The notes under the pieces were generated by a model. That model was not told the origin of the DNA and made no database searches. It saw only the letters and a program-made list of their open reading frames with translations. From the NCBI GenBank assembly GCA_934793215.1, contig CAKVOP010000001.1, forward strand, positions 138,871 to 202,870: a DNA stretch of 64,000 bases, read 5' to 3'. Origin of the DNA: an uncultured Clostridia bacterium (lineage in GTDB: Bacteria > Bacillota > Clostridia > Christensenellales > UBA1242). How positions within the stretch are numbered: position 1 is the stretch's first letter; each line of letters begins with the position of its first letter. This document shows, piece by piece, positions 9,566 through 18,481 of the stretch. The position numbers and the translations under genes are program-made.

Positions 9566-10432
9566 TTAAATTATTTCAACTTCTCTTTCTAGTTTAATGT
9601 TAAATTTTTGATATACACAGTCTTCACAAAGCAAAATTAAATCATAAATATCTTGAAAACTTGCGTTATTAGAATTTATAATAAAGTTGGCGTGCTTGTT
9701 TGAAATAATTGCTCCATTTTTAGATATTCCTTTTAACCCACATTGCTCAATTAGCCAACCTGCACTTTTTTCAGGCGGATTTTTAAACACACTCCCGCAA
9801 CATCTTCCGGAAGGTTGGTGTAAAAGGCGGTCGTTTACCATCGCGGTATGCTTTTTTATGATCTCGCATTTTGAGGTTTTTGTAAGTAAAATCGACCCAC
9901 CCAAAATAAGACTGTCGCCTAGATTTGTTTGATGATAGCCAAATTCAACTTGCGTCTTATTCAAAGTTTTGACTTTTCCATTTTGTAGAACTCTAATTTT
10001 ATCCAAAATATCAAATATGCTTTTTCCATAAGCCCCAGCGTTCATTTTTATAAGTCCACCCATTGTGCCTGGAATGCAAGAAAGCTCTTCAAGGCCACCC
10101 AGTGCTTTTTCGTAACAACGACGATATAACATAGGCATGGAAACAGCAGATGAAAAATATACTTTATCACCTTTAAAATTGATTTTTTTGTCCATTAATT
10201 TGGTTGACAAAACAACAATATCTTCACTTTTAGGTGAAAAAAGCAAATTACTGCCATTTCCTACTATTTTAAAATGCATATTATTAATTTTAAGATAATT
10301 GTATACATTTATGAGCTCCCGCTCATTCTTTGGATAAAAAACGCCCTTAACTTTTCCCTCTGTTCCATAGAAACTTAATGTTCTGGTATTTTCGTTTGTA
10401 ACAAAATAAATTGAACTTAAAATATTATCCAT
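9566..10432 (-). CDS. murB: UDP-N-acetylenolpyruvoylglucosamine reductase
   Basis: FAD-binding GNGSNLL motif and catalytic-region GSVFKNP. 288 aa. Confidence 0.92.
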   Translation of the reverse strand: MDNILSSIYFVTNENTRTLSFYGTEGKVKGVFYPKNERELINVYNYLKINNMHFKIVGNGSNLLFSPKSEDIVVLSTKLMDKKINFKGDKVYFSSAVSMPMLYRRCYEKALGGLEELSCIPGTMGGLIKMNAGAYGKSIFDILDKIRVLQNGKVKTLNKTQVEFGYHQTNLGDSLILGGSILLTKTSKCEIIKKHTAMVNDRLLHQPSGRCCGSVFKNPPEKSAGWLIEQCGLKGISKNGAIISNKHANFIINSNNASFQDIYDLILLCEDCVYQKFNIKLEREVEII

Positions 10433-10500
10433 GTTAATTAATATGTTTTAATTTCATTTTTGTTGAAAGCAAACATGAAATAATAAGCATATACAATAAC

Positions 10501-11859
10501 ATGAATTATTCAAAAAAAGTTTACATAATTGGTATAGGTGGAATAAGTTTGTCGGCTCTTGCGGTTCTATTAAGAGATAGAGGCGCGTCTGTCAAGGGCA
10601 GTGATCTTACTGACGGAGAAAGGGTAGAGGCGTTGAAAAGGAAAGGCTTTGAAGTCGTTGTCGGTCACAGCCGTGAATTTGTTTCATGGGCTGATGAAAT
10701 TATTATTTCTTCCGCCGTCCCAGAAAATGATGAAGATTTGATATTTGCAAAAAAACTCGGCAAAAAAATCATAACGCGGGCTGAAGCATTAGGGGATTTA
10801 TCAAAAATTTATAAAACTATTTCCGTGTCTGGTTGTCATGGGAAAACAACCACAACGGGAATGATTGCGTCTGTTATGTTAGGCTTGGAAAAGAAGCCCA
10901 GCATACATATAGGCGGACTTATGGTACAAATTCATGACAATGTATATGAAGGAAATAGTGAATATTTTGTCACAGAAGCTTGCGAATACAAGGACAGTTT
11001 TCTCAAACTTACTAGTGAGGTTGGGGTTATCTTAAATATTAAGCCAGATCATTTGGATTATTTCAAAAATTTCAACAATGTGAAAAAAAGTTTCTATAAC
11101 TTTGCACAAAATATTAAATCTGGTGGCACTCTTATTGTAAATGGAGATGATCTTTCTTGCAAAGAACTGCTTGATTCTTTTGTAGGTAAATGTAAATTAG
11201 TGACATTTGGAATGGGAGATGGTTGCGTTTTTAAGGCGACCGATGTGGAAGAATATAGCACTGGAAAATATCGATTTAGTTGTGAAACTAAAAATGGAAG
11301 ACTTGTAATAAATCTTCCAGTATATGGGTTTCATAACATCTATAATGCCCTTGCCACGGTGGCAACATGCATTAGCGTAGGTGTTAGCGTAAAGGAGATA
11401 AAAAGAGGCATAGAAAGCTTTAAGGGCATTTCTCGTCGGTTTGAAAAAGTGTATGATGATGAAAACAAAATAGTAATTCATGACTACGCTCATCACCCAG
11501 ACGAGATAAAAGCAGCCATTGAAGCGGGGAGAAAATTAAAAAAAGGGAAATTAATAGTTGTGTTTCAGCCCCACACTTTTTCTCGTACGCGTGACTTTTT
11601 TAACGGGTTCTGTGAAAGCCTTTCTTTGGCTGATGAGGTGTGGCTTTTGCCTATTTATCCTGCAAGAGAAAAGCCTATTAAAAATGTATCTTCATATAAA
11701 ATTTACAGAAAACTTAAAGAAAATGGCAAAAAAACGCGATATTTTGCAAATTTTTCTTCGGTTTACGATGAAATTCGCTTAATTAAAGATAATTGTTTGG
11801 TGCTAATTCTCGGTGCTGGCGATATTGAGTTCCTTGCTCGAATGATTGAAAAGAAGTGA
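10501..11859 (+). CDS. murC: UDP-N-acetylmuramate--L-alanine ligase
   Basis: N-terminal GIGGISLSALA Rossmann motif, Mur ligase P-loop SGCHGKTTTT, and DYAHHP. 452 aa. Confidence 0.93.
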   Translation: MNYSKKVYIIGIGGISLSALAVLLRDRGASVKGSDLTDGERVEALKRKGFEVVVGHSREFVSWADEIIISSAVPENDEDLIFAKKLGKKIITRAEALGDLSKIYKTISVSGCHGKTTTTGMIASVMLGLEKKPSIHIGGLMVQIHDNVYEGNSEYFVTEACEYKDSFLKLTSEVGVILNIKPDHLDYFKNFNNVKKSFYNFAQNIKSGGTLIVNGDDLSCKELLDSFVGKCKLVTFGMGDGCVFKATDVEEYSTGKYRFSCETKNGRLVINLPVYGFHNIYNALATVATCISVGVSVKEIKRGIESFKGISRRFEKVYDDENKIVIHDYAHHPDEIKAAIEAGRKLKKGKLIVVFQPHTFSRTRDFFNGFCESLSLADEVWLLPIYPAREKPIKNVSSYKIYRKLKENGKKTRYFANFSSVYDEIRLIKDNCLVLILGAGDIEFLARMIEKK

Positions 11860-12093
11860 TGGGAGAAAATTTAATTATTAGGCATTTTTGATAAATTATT
11901 ACTCAAATTAGCGATATGCTTGACAAAATCATATTACCTTGCTATACTCTACCTGTACTCATTGAGGGTAGAGTAGTTTTTATTCAATTTGATTGAGTGT
12001 AAATGTTCGCTTTGTAAATTTAGCAGAAGACATATAATTATATAAAAATCTTTTAAATCTATGTTATAAAAGTTGCAGAAAATTTCGTTTCAT

Positions 12094-12132
12094 GCTACCG
12101 CTGGCTCAGCGGTAGAGCACTGCCTTGGTAAG
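12094..12132 (+). pseudogene. Orphan 5' half of a tRNA-Thr(GGU)-like gene (acceptor through anticodon loop)
   Basis: GCTACCGCTGGCTCAGCGGTAGAGCACTGCCTTGGTAAG matches the D-arm and anticodon loop of the intact gene at 12295. Similarity stops right after the anticodon loop. Confidence 0.8.
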
Positions 12133-12194
12133 ATTTGAAATGCCTAAAATTACCGACTTAAAAACTTAATAAATTAGCCTATTTTTATAGATAT

Positions 12195-12232
12195 GCTACT
12201 GTGGCTCAGCGGTAGAGCACTGCCTTGGTAAA
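12195..12232 (+). pseudogene. Second orphan 5' half of a tRNA-Thr(GGU)-like gene
   Basis: GCTACTGTGGCTCAGCGGTAGAGCACTGCCTTGGTAAA. Same break point, just after the anticodon loop TTGGTAA. Confidence 0.8.
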
Positions 12233-12294
12233 ACAAAAACAGCACTTTTTCACTACTAAATTTCACCGCAAAATTCAATCAAAAACAGCACTAT

Positions 12295-12369
12295 GCTGGT
12301 GTGGCTCAGCGGTAGAGCACCACCTTGGTAAGGTGGGGGTCACGGGTCCGATTCCCGTCACCAGCTCCA
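12295..12369 (+). tRNA. tRNA-Thr (anticodon GGU), CCA encoded; unusual T-loop
   Basis: Manual cloverleaf: acceptor GCTGGTG/CACCAGC, D-arm GCTC-AGCGGTA-GAGC, anticodon arm CCACC-TTGGTAA-GGTGG, T-arm ACGGG-TCCGATT-CCCGT, then T-CCA. The T-loop reads TCCGATT rather than the usual TTCGAWT. Confidence 0.85.
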
Positions 12370-12380
12370 TTAAACAAAAG

Positions 12381-12421
12381 TCGCTAAAACGCTTAAAATC
12401 ACAGGCTTTTAGCGATTTTTT
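12381..12421 (+). terminator. Terminator hairpin downstream of tRNA-Thr
   Basis: TCGCTAAAA...(17-nt loop)...TTTTAGCGA followed by TTTTTT. Confidence 0.6.
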
Positions 12422-12599
12422 ATTTGCAAATTTTTATGGCACGACTCTCTTCAAAAAATACATTAGGTACACAAAATTGTCATTTTAGGTACACAAAAAT
12501 TGCATAAAAAAAGACCGAAAATTGAACTCATCAACTTTCGGCCTAATTCTTCCTAAAACTGCTCAAAACTACTACATTAGGTGCATTTAGGTACACGAT

Positions 12600-13127
12600 T
12601 TAATCCGTTTTTTTCTTTCTCGCAGCTTCGAATTTCGCAATCATTGTCGGATTATCTTTTGTCAATTTTTTTATTGACAGGTCCTCAACTTTATTATTCG
12701 CCAATCTTAATTGATTTTGCGATCCCAGCAAGGCTTCTTTTATTTTGTTTAAATGATCGATAGATTTATCTATTTCATCAATGGCCATCGCAAATTTTTT
12801 AGTAGCCAGTTCGTAATTTCTACCAAATTGATTTTTAAAGTCTGTCATTTGTTCTTCAAAATTTGAAATATCGATATTTTGACTTTTTAGTTCTATTAGT
12901 TGCTTTTGATATTGAGCGCTATTTAATGATATATTCTTAAGTAAAGTTAAAAGTGGGATAAAAAATTGAGGTCGAATAACATACATTTTGTCATATTTAT
13001 ATGATACATCAACTATGCCTTGATTATATAGTTCATTATCTCTTTCAAGAAGAGATAATGGTACAGCATATTCACATTTTTTTCTTTTCTATCCTTATCT
13101 AATTCTTTAAAGAAATCTTCGATGGAG
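12600..13127 (-). pseudogene. 5'-truncated DUF2130-family gene (only the C-terminal ~175 codons remain)
   Basis: The frame reads ...[47 protein letters not shown]...[18 protein letters not shown]. From memory this matches the C-terminal half of DUF2130 proteins, which are normally ~400 aa. No N-terminal half or SD is present. The upstream limit is approximate. Confidence 0.6.
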
Positions 13128-13132
13128 TTGAA

Positions 13133-13477
13133 ATGTTGTTTTATAACAACGATAGTGATTTTGATAGATATATAAAATGTTTACAAAATGTTGTACAAAT
13201 AAGAGATTGTTCAAGTTTATTGGGCGAAAATAAGGATAACTACAAAAATACAACATTAATAATAATGTTGCAAAAAGAGACTTCTGTTGACCCAACTCCA
13301 ATCAACCCTAACCCTGATGATACCAAACCTGACGATAAAAAAGATAATACAAATGATAACACAAACAATACAACTTCAAACAATGAATATATTGTTCCAA
13401 TAATTATTGTTACAAGTTTTGTTGGTTTAACAATAGCATCATTATTTATTTTTATTAGATTTAAGAAGAGAAAATAA
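13133..13477 (+). CDS. Small ORF ending in a Pro/Asp/Asn-rich linker, TM and basic tail; possibly the 3' remnant of a surface-protein gene
   Basis: C-terminus ...PIIIVTSFVGLTIASLFIFIRFKKRK resembles the anchor of the 2-1624 protein type. No convincing SD. Followed by a bidirectional terminator. Confidence 0.35.
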   Translation: MLFYNNDSDFDRYIKCLQNVVQIRDCSSLLGENKDNYKNTTLIIMLQKETSVDPTPINPNPDDTKPDDKKDNTNDNTNNTTSNNEYIVPIIIVTSFVGLTIASLFIFIRFKKRK

Positions 13478-13488
13478 ATTAAAAACAT

Positions 13489-13519
13489 AAAAAAACTCGG
13501 CTAATTCCCGAGTTTTTTA
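13489..13519. terminator. Bidirectional terminator between convergent genes
   Basis: AAAAAA-ACTCGG-CTAATTC-CCGAGT-TTTTT. Confidence 0.8.
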
Positions 13520-13520
13520 T

Positions 13521-14306
13521 TTATTTTTCTGATGTTTCGTCTTTTGTGAAATTAATAGTTTCCTGTTTATCTTTTTTTCTCGTAACCAACCAATATATTA
13601 AATAAAAACAAGCCACAACCCCATAAACTGCTGTTATAACTGCAAAAGGCATTAGCCATTTTGGAACAAATGGAAATGTTGAACCTGTGATAAAAAACCA
13701 ATCATAATGGTGTGGTCCACCATTAAAACAAAGGTTTCCAAGCCCTGCCCACAAAGCAATACAAACAACCCCAATAAGCGGTTGCCACATTTTTTTAACA
13801 TGAAGTTTTACTTCTCCAGTTGTTAAGGATAGCACACCCCAAGAAAGCAAAAGCCCATGATAAAGCATTGTTTGAACAACTTTATAACACCAAGGAGAAA
13901 CTCCACCAAGTGCCGAGCCTGGATATACAAGATACATCAAACAACCAGCCATCGCAAGCGTTACTGCAACTTCTTTAAACCAATCTTTTTTGGAAAATTG
14001 AGCAAAAGTTGCTACAATACACATCAGCGTGCAAATGTGGAATGGTAATTTATCAATATCCAAAGTAAAATCACTTGTTACAAAAGGTTGCAACATAAAG
14101 TCCATTATATATAAAACTAAGGTTGTTATAACAATTACTCTTAAAGTTTTTTCTTTTGTTTGTTTAGATTTGTTTTTTAATAAAAATGCACCGCCTACAA
14201 TAGCACCAGCTATAAAAAGAATATACAAAAAGTGCCATATTGAAAATAGTTCAATGCTTACACTGCCCACCTTCCAACCAAAAATTTTTCTTAAAAATTC
14301 TGTCAT
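13521..14306 (-). CDS. Integral membrane protein, YwaF/TIGR02206-like
   Basis: Polytopic (7-8 TM). Contains the LPFHICTLMC motif I associate with the YwaF family. Tandem paralog of the next gene, with a 4-nt overlap. Confidence 0.65.
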   Translation of the reverse strand: MTEFLRKIFGWKVGSVSIELFSIWHFLYILFIAGAIVGGAFLLKNKSKQTKEKTLRVIVITTLVLYIMDFMLQPFVTSDFTLDIDKLPFHICTLMCIVATFAQFSKKDWFKEVAVTLAMAGCLMYLVYPGSALGGVSPWCYKVVQTMLYHGLLLSWGVLSLTTGEVKLHVKKMWQPLIGVVCIALWAGLGNLCFNGGPHHYDWFFITGSTFPFVPKWLMPFAVITAVYGVVACFYLIYWLVTRKKDKQETINFTKDETSEK

Positions 14307-15073
14307 TTGTTATTCTCCTTTTTCTTTTGAGTTATTTTAAATAATTTATATAAACTTCTATCTTCTTTCTTTTTGGTTATAAGTTCAAAAATCTCTGCAA
14401 ATACAAACACCAACAACAGCCCCATTAGTCCCATTACATAAGTATTAAGCCAAGGAAGATCTGGAAATGGCAACTGTTCTAAATACATTGAATTACAACT
14501 TTTAAGCCCAAATATTTTATATATCCCATTTATAACAAAGCCATTAATCAAAAAGAACACCAACCCGCAAAAACACGAAAAGCAATTTGTTAGGTCTATT
14601 TTAATAAATCCGCCAACCAAAATATACAAACATCCATATACCATCATTACATGACTTAGAAGACCTCTTAAAGAAAACCAATTTGCAAGAGTTGGATTAC
14701 TTGCGTAATTTTCGTTAAATATGATACCTATTAAACCACACACAACACCAGCATAAAAAGTGAATTCATACAAAACTTTTGCAAATTTTGAATTTGAATT
14801 TTTTAAAAAAGCACATATCACCAAAAAACACATTAAAACATTGCAAGGATAAATTGGCAATAAAAGCGTTGATTCCACAACCGCTGTTCCTTTATTAACA
14901 AAAAAATCAACATATACTGTGCTAAAATGGATCAACACTGTAAGTATGGCGGCTACTTTTAAAACAAACTTTTTCCATTTTTCTTCTTTTATAAACAACT
15001 TGCAAAGTATTAATCCAGCAATAGTAAGAATAGCTGAAATCACCATAAATAAAATGTGTTGCGTGTTAAACAT
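14303..15073 (-). CDS. Integral membrane protein, YwaF/TIGR02206-like (paralog)
   Basis: Polytopic. LPIYPCNVLMC motif at the position equivalent to LPFHICTLMC in the neighbour. Confidence 0.65.
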   Translation of the reverse strand: MFNTQHILFMVISAILTIAGLILCKLFIKEEKWKKFVLKVAAILTVLIHFSTVYVDFFVNKGTAVVESTLLLPIYPCNVLMCFLVICAFLKNSNSKFAKVLYEFTFYAGVVCGLIGIIFNENYASNPTLANWFSLRGLLSHVMMVYGCLYILVGGFIKIDLTNCFSCFCGLVFFLINGFVINGIYKIFGLKSCNSMYLEQLPFPDLPWLNTYVMGLMGLLLVFVFAEIFELITKKKEDRSLYKLFKITQKKKENNK

Positions 15074-15294
15074 TATTTACCTCTATCTACCAATTTTTCT
15101 TTTGTTGTCTCATTACATAATAGTAAGTGTATACTTCATTTTTTCTTGAAAATTAAGATTGCTTTAGCGCCAAGTGTAATTATTGTAGAAATTAAAACAA
15201 ATTCTTTTTTCTCCAGTTCATTGTACTTGTCCTCAATTTTTTTGCTATTGGTGTATAACCTATAACTTCTGTTTTATACATTTTTTATCTTCTA

Positions 15295-15548
15295 TTATTT
15301 AAGATTTTTTTTATACTCTCTAATAATATTTAAAATATCTTCGTACTTTAAAGTTTCTATCTGCTCTTCTTTATTAACCAAAGAAACATTTTCACCAACA
15401 AGAAAGCACTTTATTCCAACTTTTGTTGATGGGGCATAGCCGTATTTTGAAAGTTTTTACACAAAAGCGTAAAAATCCCTTTTGTAAATTCATCTTCATT
15501 CATTGGAAGCAGAGTTCCGTCTAAATCAAATATAATGGCTTTTAACAC
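15295..15548 (-). pseudogene. HAD-superfamily hydrolase pseudogene (frameshift plus internal deletion)
   Basis: Minus strand reads (V)LKAIIFDLDGTLLPMNEDEFTKG (HAD motif I DxDGT) and hits a stop after 45 codons. A second frame continues KLSKYGYAPSTKV...CFLVGENVSLVNKEE..., which is HAD C-terminal-like. The total is far shorter than an intact HAD enzyme. Confidence 0.6.
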
Positions 15549-16138
15549 ATTTACCTACATTATACAATGTATATATTATCACATTTTTATAAGATGCGGC
15601 AACATAAATTATTTCCTCTTTACTTAAAATTTTAAAATTACTAATTTATTTTCACACTGTTCATTATCTTTGTCTAAAAATAAAGTTTTTTTCATTAATC
15701 TTCACAACTAAGTTCTTTTACTTTTACAACCTGACACTCTATTATCCTACACACCACCAAACAGCACAACTCCGCATTCGAAATGATATCAAAATGTCAA
15801 GACAAATGTCAAGACATTTTAATTAAAAACATAGGTCAAAGTTAAATAATAAGTTTTAATATTTTTTAAAGCCACCTATCAAAATCAGTATGAAAATAAA
15901 TATGGCAGTAGTGATTAGATATTAATGATATAACACTTTACTACAAAAGTCCACAAAGTTCTAAGCCGTTTTAAAGCGTTATGGAAAGAAAAAGAATGAA
16001 TGAAAATATGGGTTTAATACATTTAGGTACATAGGGTTTTGGAAATTGTGTACCTAAATAAAAAAATACTAGCGAAAGTGCTAGTATTTATGGGTGGTTT
16101 TGGGGTGTGGGCACAAGTTTGGAGCAAAGGTTCGTGTG

Positions 16139-16183
16139 TTGGTAAGGCGGGGGTCACGGGTCCGATTCCCGTCACCAGCTCCA
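16139..16183 (+). pseudogene. 3' half of tRNA-Thr(GGU) (anticodon loop to CCA), direct repeat of 12325-12369
   Basis: TTGGTAAGGCGGGGGTCACGGGTCCGATTCCCGTCACCAGCTCCA differs from the intact gene only in the anticodon-stem strand (GGCGG vs GGTGG). The upstream 40 nt look like a badly decayed 5' half. Confidence 0.8.
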
Positions 16184-16899
16184 TTATTAAAAACCCTTGA
16201 AATCCTAGTAAAATAGGCACTTTCAAGGGTTTTTCTTTTGCAAAAAATTTTGCTTAATTTTAGGCTAAAAATACAAAACGCGAACGTAAACTGCTCCAAA
16301 AAGTGTAGTAAAATTGCATAAAAAGACCGAGAGTTCAATTTTCAAACTCTCGGTCTAATTCTTTCTAAATCTCCCTAAAACTAGTGTAATAGGTGTAAAC
16401 TAGTGTAGTAAATTTTACATTTCAAAATCTTTTTCTAGTTTGTGTCTTCTTTCTTTTCGCTATTTTAGCATTTCTTTTAACATTAAATCAAAATTTTCAT
16501 CAGACAAATTTCTAGATTAGATTTCTTTTCTTCTTGTTCTTCTTTATTTTGATTGTTTTGCTTTCTTTAAATCTCATTTTCATTTAGTCTTTTGTTTAAA
16601 CGATTTGTGCTTTTCTTTACATAATCACAGAAACTAGAAAAACAATTGCAACAGCCGGTGTAAATACATTTGCAATTTCTAAAGCGGTGATTATACGCTT
16701 GTTATCAAAGTAACAAAAACACAAGAGAAAAGTAGTAAGGCGCCAAAAGATATAAGATTCTATGTTAAGTGGAAATAATGTAAATTATGAAAAAGACTGC
16801 AATTAAGCAGTCTTTTTTGTGTTATTTTTATTTAGTTTTTTAAATTAGTTTTAAAATTAAAAAATTATCATGGTTAGCATTTATATAAAAATGATTAAT

Positions 16900-17634
16900 T
16901 TAGATTTTTTCGCAAGGTTCAGCCGTTTGGGTATGTGATGGCAAATAAAGGTGACTACTAAACATTTCCGTAATAAAATTATAAACGATTGAAAAATTCT
17001 TTACATTTTCTAGTTTATAATCCCAAAATTTGGAATTTTCTGGTTTTGCATGTGAATTTTCTGGGTTAAGGCAACAAGTTTGAACTCCGGTTTGCTTTAC
17101 ACATAAATCATTTGCACCATTTCCAAAGTAGAGTGCATGACTTGCGGGTAAATTGTTGTCAATCAAAATGTCTTTAATGTGGGCAACCTTGCCTTTGCTG
17201 TTTTTAAGTTTAGCAAAGGTATTTTGGTTTGTCCATTCTATATCAAAGCCATACACGCCATCAAAAATGTCATTATCTTCGCTTAAAGCGCTTTTTATTA
17301 CAGGAACAATGCTATCGCTTACAATGTATAGTTTATAGCCATTTTCATGGAGAGAACGAAGGCATTCTCTTGCCAAGGGCATTAATTGTGTCTTTTCGGC
17401 AATATCTTTAAATTCTTCTTTTGTTATTTGAGCGTTTTTTATAACCATTGAACACATACGCATGCCAATCTTTAAAAATCTAGGAGAATTTACAAGTTTG
17501 CTGTTTAGTAACTTTTTACAAATGCGTTGAGAAACACCCGCACGCCTCAAAAGTGAAATATAGGGGTTGGGAGTGTTAAAGGTTAGAGTTCCGTCAAAAT
17601 CAAATATTACAACCTTGTCTGTGTTAAAACTCAT
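16900..17634 (-). CDS. HAD-superfamily hydrolase
   Basis: Motif I VVIFDFDGTLT at the N-terminus and a later GNGANDL (motif IV-like). 244 aa. Confidence 0.75.
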   Translation of the reverse strand: MSFNTDKVVIFDFDGTLTFNTPNPYISLLRRAGVSQRICKKLLNSKLVNSPRFLKIGMRMCSMVIKNAQITKEEFKDIAEKTQLMPLARECLRSLHENGYKLYIVSDSIVPVIKSALSEDNDIFDGVYGFDIEWTNQNTFAKLKNSKGKVAHIKDILIDNNLPASHALYFGNGANDLCVKQTGVQTCCLNPENSHAKPENSKFWDYKLENVKNFSIVYNFITEMFSSHLYLPSHTQTAEPCEKI

Positions 17635-17836
17635 ATCGACCTACCTTGCATATATTCTATCATAATCGGCCGACAAAGTCTAGACTAAAAATAAGAATTG
17701 CTAGCATAAAACAAAAAAATTAGAAAATTGTGCAAAAAAATGACACATTTCACATTTTTGACGTTCGAAATAAATCAAAGTTGTCTTGACAACACATAAA
17801 ACTTGTGATAAAATTTTTGCATGTTAGGGGTATGAA

Positions 17837-18346
17837 ATGGAAATAAAGTTTGTTAGATTTACATATTTTGCTTATGAATCAAGTGTAGACGATATTAAGA
17901 GACGAAAAGCCGACGAAAAAATTAGCAAGACATTTATGCCGTGTACTTCTTTAACATATATTGCTCCAGAGGGTGCAAGCGATGAACAAATAAAAAAATT
18001 ATTGACATGCGTATATGGTGCATTTATTTATAAAATGAAAGCAGTAAATCCTAACCTGGGTGAAAGCGAAAGAAGATTTGCTAACAAATGCTTCGCTTAT
18101 TACACTTTTGGCGATGAACTCATCGAGAAATTTGGGTTTAAACCAGCCTACGACGAAAGTGAAGTAAAAGGCAAAGTTAGAGAATTTATCTTGTTTGAAG
18201 AGAGCGACCGTGAAGATTTCATTAATTCAAAATATTTTAAAAATTATACACCTTGGTTTGATACAACAGGCATAGAACCTTCAAAAATCTATGCTGAATT
18301 TAAAGCACTTGCACAAAAAGTACAGTCACAAAACGAAAGAAACTAA
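17837..18346 (+). CDS. Hypothetical protein
   Basis: 169-aa ORF with a GGGGT SD-like sequence and a TGATAAAAT -10 upstream. No recognisable motif. Confidence 0.55.
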   Translation: MEIKFVRFTYFAYESSVDDIKRRKADEKISKTFMPCTSLTYIAPEGASDEQIKKLLTCVYGAFIYKMKAVNPNLGESERRFANKCFAYYTFGDELIEKFGFKPAYDESEVKGKVREFILFEESDREDFINSKYFKNYTPWFDTTGIEPSKIYAEFKALAQKVQSQNERN

Positions 18347-18481
18347 AAATTAAATCTTGCTTAAAAAGAGAGTTGTCTCTTCAAAGCAAGATTTTTTGTT
18401 GCTTTAGCTATGATAAACAAGGTAACAACTTGCATTTTTACCCATAAAATGTGATAGGGATACTTGCAATGGAGAAAAGCA

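Noticed and set aside
11920-11985. TTGACA, 17 nt, TATACT promoter-like box followed immediately by a CTCTACC...GGTAGAG hairpin and T-run downstream of murC
   Set aside because: The hairpin overlaps the putative -10 and is most simply the murC terminator. The promoter resemblance may be fortuitous. It could still be the tRNA-locus promoter, but I cannot support that.
12094-12369. Interpreting the three tRNA-Thr-like starts at ~100-bp spacing as a simple tandem duplication or a repeat array
   Set aside because: The 62-nt spacers share no similarity. The 5' halves differ from the resident gene in acceptor and anticodon-stem sequence. Independent origins are therefore more likely than in-place duplication.
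12225-12488. 87-aa ORF spanning the tRNA-Thr gene, and 67/85-aa ORFs at 16023-16338
   Set aside because: They overlap tRNA or tRNA-fragment sequence and terminator hairpins, and have no SD.
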